Origin: Fonticula alba ATCC 38817
Taxonomy: Eukaryota; Protista; Nucleariida
Strand: one strand, 5' to 3'
Assembly (NCBI GenBank): GCA_000388065.2
Contig: KB932205.1
Length of the DNA stretch: 15,354 nt
Shown here: positions 1 to 8,400 of the stretch, one piece after another
How positions within the stretch are numbered: the first letter of the stretch is position 1
Layout of the letters: every line of letters begins with the position of its first letter
Program-made: the position numbers and the translations under genes
The notes under the pieces: model-generated
What the model saw: the letters and a program-made list of their open reading frames with translations, nothing else
What the model was told of the DNA's origin: nothing
Database searches by the model: none

Positions 1-174
1 TCCGCCGTGCAGGCCGGCCAGCGTCCGGGCGCCGACGCGCTGCCGGTCGCCGTGCAGGACCTGGTGCGAGCCGCCTGGCAGGCGGACCCCGCCATGCGGC
101 CCCATGCGGCCATCCTGCGCCAGCAGTGCGCCGCACTCTTTGTGACTGCCGGTGGCCTGGGCATCTCGCTGTGA
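1..174 (+). CDS. 3' end of receptor-like TKL protein kinase (gene A, 5'-truncated by the window edge)
   Basis: Frame 1 reads SAVQAGQRPGADALPVAVQDLVRAAWQADPAMRPHAAILRQQCAALFVTAGGLGISL* (TGA 172-174). It aligns with the gene B C-terminus SAVKAGQRPDTGALP...DLVAAAWQADAGRRPLAASFRQQCVIYYVAAGGLSESP (kinase subdomains X-XI). Nt 1-26 match 8668-8693 at 25/26. Not in the ORF track because no ATG start precedes it in the window. Confidence 0.92.
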   Translation, partial: SAVQAGQRPGADALPVAVQDLVRAAWQADPAMRPHAAILRQQCAALFVTAGGLGISL

Positions 175-595
175 GCCCTCCGGCTGGCATATGTCATGGA
201 CGCTCTCCCCAGCGGGCCCTGTCGAATTGAGTTTCCCGCCCCCGTGCTTTTGGCCTTTGTTTGCTCTTTCTTTGTGGATGGCCAGCTGTTCTGGCGCCCT
301 GTGGATGCCTGGCGAGCATGAGTCGGGCCCACCAGGGCGGCCTGGGGGCACAGCTGTGTGAGTCGCGGTCCCTGGCCTCGGGGGAGGCTGCCCGGCCATG
401 GGCGGACGAATGCATGTGTCTCGATGCGGGGCCCATGACGATGGTCCATGCAGGGGCCCCTTTGTGCCTGGCTGCCGGTCGCCCAGGCATGTGTCCACGG
501 GCCCGGGCCTGGCGCCGAGCAAAAGCCGGGATTGTTCACCCAGAGGCCCAAGGCGATGTCCTTGGGAGAGGCTACCCTGCCAATGGGGTCATATC

Positions 596-810
596 TGTAT
601 GTATGTGTATGTATGTGTATGTATGTGTGTGGTACGTGTGGTGTGTGTGGTGTGTGTGGTGTGTGTGAATGCATCTGTGTGTGTGAATGTATCTGCATGT
701 ATGTACGTGTATGTATGTGTTTGTACTCATGCATGTGAATGTATGTGTATGTATGTGTATGTACTCATGCATGTGAATGTATGTGTATGTATGTATGTAT
801 GTATGTGTAT
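596..810. repeat. Compound (TGTA)n/(TG)n microsatellite containing a 35-bp perfect direct repeat
   Basis: Runs of TGTATG/TGTGTGG. TGTACTCATGCATGTGAATGTATGTGTATGTATGT occurs at 722-756 and 760-794 (period 38). Confidence 0.95.
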
Positions 811-1581
811 GGCAGAGGGGCGCATGGGGGGTGTGGATGCCCTTGACCCGGCATCCATGGGGAGCCCGCGAGCCGGCGGCTGGCGCAGGCCGCCCTGCGA
901 TGGCCGGGGCGGTGCTTTCATCTGCGCGGCCATGCGTGTCACCGGCTCGCAGGGGCAGGCACCACAGGCTAGCGGGATCCTCCAGGCGATGGTGCTGAGG
1001 CCGGGGAGGGGGTTCGGCAATGGCCACCGGCATCGCGCGCGCCCGCGCACGGCCCCCCCTTTTGCGGCCTGGCGCTGCGCCGCACAAGACCCCGTCTGCT
1101 TGGCCTCGACCCCACCAACAGGTGGTCCCAGAGCCAGAGTTCCCTACGCGTCTATCTCTCCCTCCGGTTGGTTTCACCCAATCGCCCCCATGGGCGAGCA
1201 TGCCCAGACGCTCTCCGGCCCCGCGCCCCTTCTGCTCCCGGCCCTTGGACCGCAGGCAGACATGCAACCCGGCGAGGAGGAGGCCGGCAAAGGGCCGATC
1301 GTCGGCCAGCCGCGCAGCGGTCCGGCATATCGCCGACCGACCGGCAAGCGGCCGGCCTCCCAGGCAGATACCCGCTTCCCGTGGCGGCTGCCAGCCATGC
1401 GGTCCTCCCCCACATCCAGGCTGCCGGGGCGGGCCCCGGTGCCGCGGGGCGAATCCTGCGGAAAGCCCCGCCCTCTGCTGGCCAGCCCGTGGGCCTCGCC
1501 CGAAAAAGTGTCCCCCTTCCTCGGCTCCGGAAGCGTGCGTGCCCCTGTCGCCTCGGCCGGGGCGTCGGTCTGGCATCCGGG

Positions 1582-1595
1582 TTTTTTTTTTTTTT
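1582..1595. repeat. poly(T)14 tract
   Basis: 14 consecutive T in GC-rich intergenic DNA. Confidence 0.95.
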
Positions 1596-1747
1596 CCGCA
1601 CTCCGAGGGCGGCCCGGCCCAGCTTGCCAGGAGCCGGCGACCGCGCGGGCGCGTGCGCCCGGCCCCGGCCCTGGACCCGTCCCCATGGCGGATGCGCCTC
1701 CGGGGCCACTCCAGGCATGGTTCGCGCCATCGCGGATGGTCGACTTC

Positions 1748-1768
1748 CGCGCGCGCGCGCGCGCGCGC
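1748..1768. repeat. (CG)10 dinucleotide tract
   Basis: cgcgcgcgcgcgcgcgcgcgc, 21 bp of perfect CG alternation. Confidence 0.95.
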
Positions 1769-2000
1769 CGCCATTGCGGCTCCCCGCGGGCGCGCAGCGC
1801 CTCCAGCAGCCCCGGACCCGAGTTAAGGGCCTCGGCTCCATTAAGCCGGTCCCGGGAGCGCGCGCGCCCTCGGCCCCGGGGGGTCGCGGCCGCGCCATGT
1901 CCCACCGGACGGAGTCGCCATCGAGTGCTCCATAAAAGGGGCTCGGCCGGCCTCAGCTGAAGCCCGGCGTCCTCATGTCCCCGGAAATGACCCTGCTCAA

Positions 2001-2011
2001 GGGGGGGGGGG
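2001..2011. repeat. poly(G)11 tract
   Basis: 11 consecutive G. Confidence 0.95.
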
Positions 2012-2200
2012 ACTGTGAGCCGGGGCGCGGTCCGACCGGGTTCCATGTGAGGCGCCCGGCGGCCGAGAGGGGTGTGAAGAAGGACCGGACGCCGTGGCGC
2101 GCGCGTGTGCGTCGTGTGTGCGTCCGGCCCGGGCCTTTTTTATTTGTCCCACCACCGTGGCGGCGGTGTCCCGCCGGTTTCGGCACCAAAAAAGGCCCCT

Positions 2201-2215
2201 CCCCCCCCCCCCCCC
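2201..2215. repeat. poly(C)15 tract upstream of the gene B start
   Basis: 15 consecutive C, ending 86 nt before ATG 2301. Confidence 0.95.
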
Positions 2216-2300
2216 TTCCCTGCCTACCTGCCAGCCTGCTCTCCCCTCCTCGCGTGGCCCTGCCTCGCCTCGCGGCCTTCTTCACGGCCATCCTCATGGA

Positions 2301-2423
2301 ATGCGGGCCCCTGTGCGCCCCGCTGGACCACGGCGCCGGGGGCCCCTCCTGTCGCCATGCGCCTGGCTCGGGCTGCTCGTGGCGCTGGTGACGCTGCTGC
2401 TCGCGGCGCCGGCCTCGAGCGCC
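2301..2423 (+). other. Predicted signal peptide of gene B
   Basis: MRAPVRPAGPRRRGPLLSPCAWLGLLVALVTLLLAAPASSA: basic n-region, hydrophobic h-region, small residues before D42. Paralogous to the gene C N-terminus. Confidence 0.75.
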
Positions 2424-5400
2424 GACGAGATGCTCCTCTATGCCGGACCCCTGCGCATGCAATTTTCCGACTCCATCATCGGATACTTTACTCCCTTTCG
2501 GTCGCCATCATTTGCTGTCGTGCATCAAATGCAGGGCATCCTGCACACCGTCTGGCAGGACAAGCTCGACCCTATGGACGTCGACTACCGTTGGGGGGGC
2601 TTCTTCTCGGACGTCCTGAGGGACTACTTGCGGACGGCGCGCGGCATTGCCGGCCTCGGGCCCGGCACCCGGCTCCTGATCCTGCCCAACCCGGTGGAGG
2701 TCACCCTGCCGACGGTGATCGAACTTTCGGCCAGGGAGGTTGCCCTGCAAAGTTCCCCGCATGTGGCCCTGCTCCCGAGCCCCGGGCGGACCAAATACCT
2801 GGCGGCCTTGGCCACCTCGAAGGATGCCGCCGACATGCTTGTCGAAGCGACCCTCCTCACGGGCCAGCCGCCGGAGTACTTCCTCCTGCACTTGACGCAC
2901 TCGTCGCCGGTGGCGACCCGGGCCCTGGGCAGGCTGGACCACCTGGGCGGCGGTTCGCTGCTGGCGACCCCGGCGTTCGAGGGGGGTTTTTTCTTTGTCA
3001 AAGGCACCCGCATCGGCCGGATAAACGCCCTCACGGGCGCCGTGACGGCCTTGTCGGTGGTCCTGCCGGCGCCGGCCGTGGAGGTGCTTGCCACGCGCCT
3101 GCTGACCGACCAGGCCTCCTGCCCGGAGGCGGACCTGATCGTCGTGCTGGACGACGGGACCCTCATGGTGCTGCTTTGCGTCAACTCGGTCATCCCGGAA
3201 GCCCCCCCGATCGCGTCGCATGCCCTCGCGCTGCCCGGCCGCACCGGCACCGGCACCGGCCGGCTGCTCAATCCCGGGCTGCCCTCCATCGGCCAGGATC
3301 GCCTGCCCTTCGTGTACTACATGTGGGAGTCGGCCGAAGCCGGGGCCAGCCTCTGGCGCATGGACCTCCGGCTTTCGCCGCTGGCCTGGACCAAGGTCAC
3401 CCTGCCGGCGGTGGTGCCGGCATCCGGCATCCTGGACCAGGCGCACCTGCTGCGCCTGTATGCCGAGGGCCTCCAGGACCGGTGGGCCGTGGTCGTCAAC
3501 CATGTGGCCCTCCTGGAGGCCGAGGACTTTGGCTGCTCCACCGACCCGACGATCTCCTGCGCGGGCCCCAACGGCCCGAATGGCACCCAACTGGGCTGGA
3601 CCTGCAGGCTCGGCCACACGGAATCGCCCTACTCCGAGGTCGGGCGCCTGTGCTCCGGGTGTCTGGATGGATTCTACCCCGATGAGGCAGTCTGTGCGTG
3701 GGGGCCCCCCCTCCCTGGCTTCCTGTCCATGCGCGCGCCGACCTGCCGGTTGTCCTTTTGCTGACCATGCGTGGGCGGTGGTTGGCTGGCTGGCTGACCT
3801 TTCTTTTTTCTCCCCCCGCCCCCCCGCCTGCCCCCCCTGGGGCTGTGTTTCGACCGGGTGCCTGGGCTCGTGCGCCGGGCGCATTCCAGCCACGCGCCCC
3901 TGCGCCCCCTGCCCGCCTGGGTGCCTGGGCTGCGGAGGCGGCAGTTGCCTCCTCTGCGAGGAGTCCCTCCTGTTGGAGCCCTCGGGCCCGGGGCAGGAGG
4001 CCCGATGCGTGGCCGCCTGCTCGGCCGGCTTCCAGCGCGTGGCCAAGGGCTGCCTGCCGGACGAGCGCCCCGCTCGGGCTGAGGTGGCCCTGCCGGCCAC
4101 GCTGGTGGCCATCCAGCAGCCGGACGCGGTGTCCGCCCTTGGCGAAACCCACCTGGCCATTTGCGACGACGGGAAGCTGTGTCTCCCGGAGCCGGTGGAG
4201 ATCAAGCCCTTCGCCCCGCGCCGGGGTCTGCTGCTGACCGACCAGCACAATGGGATCTTCCTGGCCCGGAGCCAGGATGCCAGCCAGGCCGATGTCCTGA
4301 GCCCGGTGCAGATCGAGCTGACGGTGCCCGGGACGCTGTTCGAACGGCCGACGCAAGCCGTCATCGAAGTGGGCCCCTTCTTCGGGGCGTCCGGCGCGAA
4401 GCTGGCCCTGGTCTTCTGCCGGGGCCCGGAGCGTTTGTGGATGCTGCATGTGTCCTGCCCGAACTTCACCAGTGGCTCGCCCAATGCCTGGGGCCCCTTC
4501 GTGGCGGAGCACTACATTCCCCTGGCCGAGGCGATGCCCGGCTGCCAGACCCTTCGCCGGCTGGACGCGCACACCGTGGTCATCCACCATGACGTGGCCG
4601 GCGGCGGGCTGCTGACCATCAACGAGGACTTGTCCCACTCGTACGACGGCCTCGGCGCATCCGAGGTGGTACACCTGCCTGGCCCGGAGGCCGTGCCGTC
4701 GGCCGGCTGGCCCCGGGACCCGGGGTGGGTTTTCCTCCTGGAGCCGGGCAACATGGCCACCCTCTACCCCCGGGGGATGCATGCGCTCGGCAACCTGGCG
4801 CAGCACATCCGAGGCAAGGCCCTGGCCCGGCGGGACCCCTGGCACCCGTGGACGCGGACGCTGCTGCTGAGCACGTCCGTCCCGCACGCCCGCGGGCGCC
4901 AGGCCTTCGAGCTGGCCCTCGTGCGGTTCCAGGCCGGTCTCTGGGAGGCGGCCCTGCTGCCCGGCGGCATGCTGATGCATGGCCGGACGTGGGAGCTGCC
5001 GGTGTCGGGCCAGGTGCTGGCCCGGGTGCCGGGCACCGTGGCCCCGGCCCCGGTAGATGTGTCCCTCCTGGCGGTGGACTTCCTGCCCGGGACCGAGCAC
5101 CCCTCCGGCTTGGTGCTGCTGGCCCCGAGGCTGGTGGGCCTGGCGCTCCTCCGGTGCCCGGCCACCGGGGGGGCCTGCTTCCTCCTGCCGGGGCGCCTGG
5201 CCCCGGTGTCGTTGGATTGGCTCGGGTCCGCCAGCGTGGCCCTGCTCCCGGGCGGCCCGGCTCCCGGCGATGTGCTGTCCCTGCTGGCCGTGGCCCCGAG
5301 CTCAAGCCCCCTGTCGGGGGTCTACCGGTTGGCATTCCAGTCAACCTGCCCGGAGTCCACCTTCGGCCCGGAGTGCCGCGCATGCGATCCCCTTTGCCGG

Positions 5401-8400
5401 GAGTGCACCGGGCCCGGGCCGGGGGACTGCACCGCATGCTGGGCCTGGAATGGCTCCAGCCCGGGCGTGTGTCTGCCCGGCTGCCCCGGCGGCCAGTACC
5501 CCAGCACGGACGGCCTGTGTGGCTGCCACGCCACGTGCACCGTGTGTCGCACACCCAGCGACCAAAGCAACACCTGCGAGGTGTGCAACCCCGGCTTCGC
5601 CCCCCTGCCCCAGGGCCTGGAGGGGCACCGGTGCTTCGCGTGCGACAGCACCTGCGCCGAGTGCACGGCGCCGCAGGACCCGGGCGCCTGCTCGCGCTGC
5701 CCGGCCGGCATGTGGCTCCATGCCGGGGCATGCCTCGGCCACTGCCCGAGTGGCACCTGGCCCGATGCCAGTGACAATACCTGCCAAGCGTGCGTGCCCG
5801 GCTGCGGGCTGTGCAGCTCGAGCACGACCTGCTCCCAATGCATGCCGTCCTACTTCATGGCCCAGGAGCCGGGGCAGCCGGCCGGCCAGCTCCACTGCAT
5901 GAAGTGCCATCCGACGTGCGCATTCTGCGTCAAGGCCGAGAGCTGCACCGCCTGCCGGTCGAACATGGTCTTCCTGGACCCGGACCCGACGAAGCCCTCC
6001 TTTTGTGGCTCGAGCTGCGCGCCCGGGGAATTCCGCCGCATGGGCCGGTGCGCCGTATGCGCCGAGTCCTGTGCCCTGTGCACCGGCGAGGCCGACCACT
6101 GCGACGTGTGTGCCGAGGGCCACTTCCGGCCGGACCCCGCGTCCCCGAAGTGTGCCCCTTGCCCGGCCGGGTGTGCCTCCTGCACCGGCACCCGGTGCCT
6201 GGCCTGCGTGCCGGGGCTCTTCCTCGACCGGCAGCTGGGGGGCCGGTGCGTGGCCGCCTGCCCGGCCGGCATGTATGCCGATGTCGAAACGTGCCAGCCG
6301 TGCGACGTCACCTGCCTGACGTGTGCCGGGCCCGGGCCCGGGCTCTGCACCGGCTGTGCCGAGGGCCTGCAATTGGCCCGGCTGGGGGCCGACTTCGGGG
6401 CATGCGAGTCCGCCTGCCCGGAGGGGCGGTTCTGGCCCGCGGCCGGGGGCAGCTGCCTGCCCTGCGACCGGGCCTGCGCCACGTGCATCGGCCCGAGCGA
6501 TCGCGACTGCTGGCGCTGCTCCGGCTCGGATGTCCTGCAAGATGGCCAGTGCATGCAGGAGTGCGCCTCGGGCCATGTGGCCGTTGGCGGCCGGTGCCTG
6601 CCCTGCCATCCCTCGTGCCAGGCGTGCGCCGGGGTCCGGTCGACCGAGTGCCTGCCGGCCTGCCCGGGGGATCTGCTGGCCCTGCCGGCCGGCCAGTCGC
6701 CGATGCGCTGCGTGCCGGCCTGCCCGGCCGGCTACAGCACCACGGCCGGCGGCTGCGTCAAATGCGGCGACCACTGTGCCAGCTGCCCGGACGGGGCCGG
6801 CTCCTGTGCCCTGTGCGACCGGGGGAAGCTGCTGGCCGAGTCGGCCTGTGTCAGTCACTGCCCGGCCCGGTCTTCGCCGGTGGGCGGCCAGTGTGTCACT
6901 TGCCATGGCCTGTGCCGGGCCTGCCATGGCCCGGGGGCCGACCAGTGTGCCTCCTGCGACGCGGAGGCCCCCCTGTTGGCCGGGGGGGCCTGCTATGCGG
7001 CCTGCCCGGCCGGCTTCTTCCCCCAGGCGGACCTCTGCCTACCCTGCAATGGGACGTGCGCCGCTTGCCGGGGCCCGGCCGCCACCGAGTGCACCTCCTG
7101 CACCGGTGCCCTGGCCTGGATGGATGGGGCCTGCCTGGGGGCCTGCCCGGCCGGGTGGTTCCCGGAGAGCCATGTGTGCAAGCGCTGCCCGGCCTCCTGC
7201 GACACGTGCACCCAGCCGCTGACCTGCGCCACCTGCCGGCCGGGGGAGCTGCTCGATCTGGCCGGGGCGTGTGTGGCCTCCTGCCCGGCGGGGTCGCACC
7301 CGTGCCTCGACTCCGGGCGGTGTCTCGCCTGCCCGGGGGGCTGCGCCGCGTGCGAGTCGGCCAATGGCACATGCACTGCCCAGTGCACCGGCTGTCGGGA
7401 TGGCTTCGTCCTGTCGGCCGGGCGCTGCGTGCAGGCCTGCCCGGCCGGCGAGTTCGCCCCGCCGGGCCAGGCCTCCTGCGCCCCGTGCCAGGCCTCCTGC
7501 AAGACATGCTCCACGGACGGGGGGCTGTGCACCAGCTGCCCGGGCGGCCTGCTGCTGACGAAGGCCGGCACGTGCGTCGGCGCATGCCCGGCCGACTCGT
7601 GGCCGGTTGACGGTGCCTGCCTTGCCTGTCCGGATGGCTGCCAGCGGTGCGAGGCTGGTCCCGAGCCGCCCCGCTGCGCGGTGGCCCCCGGCGGTGCGCT
7701 CACCTGTCCCGGCATTCCGACATGCGCCCAGTGCGCGCCGGATCTGTGGCTCCTGGCGGGCGCGGCCTGCGTTGAGGCATGCCCCGTCGGGCACTTCCCG
7801 GACTGGCAGGCCACGGTGCCGGCATGCGCCGCCTGCCATGGGACTTGCTCGGCAGGCCCCTGCATCGGCCCGGCGGCCGAGGACTGCAGCGGCCCGGGGC
7901 CCGGGACCGGGGCCAGACGCCTGGGCCTGGCGATCGGGCTCTCCGTGGGCCTGCTGCTGCTGCTGATTCTGCTGATCCTGCTGGTGCTGTTCTGCGTCCG
8001 CCGGCGCGCCGGCAGGGCTGCCACCGGCAAGGACCTGGCGGACGCCGAGGACGCCACCATGCTGAACACCATCGTGGAGCTGGCCCTGCCCGGGGCCATC
8101 CTGGTCGGTGTCGACACGGACTTCCGGCCGCTGGACGAGCAACTGGGCGCCGGGACCCAGGCGTCGGTGTATGCGGCGCAGGCGGTCGGGGCCGGCATTG
8201 TGGCCCGGCTGGGCTGCCCGGACGTGGTGGCCGTGAAGAAGATGCGGACCGAGGCCATGNNNNNNNNNNNNNNNNNNNNNNNNNNNNNNNNNNNNNNNNN
8301 NNNNNNNNNNNNNNNNNNNNNNNNNNNNNNNNNNNNNNNNNNNNNNNNNNNNNNNNNNNNNNNNNNNNNNNNNNNNNNNNNNNNNNNNNNNNNNNNNNNN

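Noticed and set aside
722-794. 35-bp direct repeat as a CRISPR-like or mobile-element terminal repeat
   Set aside because: Only two copies with a 3-nt spacer inside a microsatellite, in a eukaryotic intron-containing context. Slippage duplication explains it.
1931-1938. TATA-like CATAAAAG upstream of gene B, and AATAAA at 10043-10048 upstream of gene C
   Set aside because: These are single short matches at different distances from the ATGs and are not shared between paralogs. They cannot be supported without TSS data.
398-1960. 520-aa ORF and other overlapping ORFs in the A-B intergenic region
   Set aside because: They translate the microsatellite (MYVYVC...) and GC-rich low-complexity sequence, with no recognizable domain.
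2094-2300. Upstream in-frame ATG used by the ORF track for gene B
   Set aside because: It adds 69 aa including a poly-Pro encoded by the C15 tract. ATG 2301 matches the paralog's signal-peptide start.
7951-7989. CTG-rich triplet run
   Set aside because: It simply encodes the Leu-rich TM helix using the preferred Leu codon.
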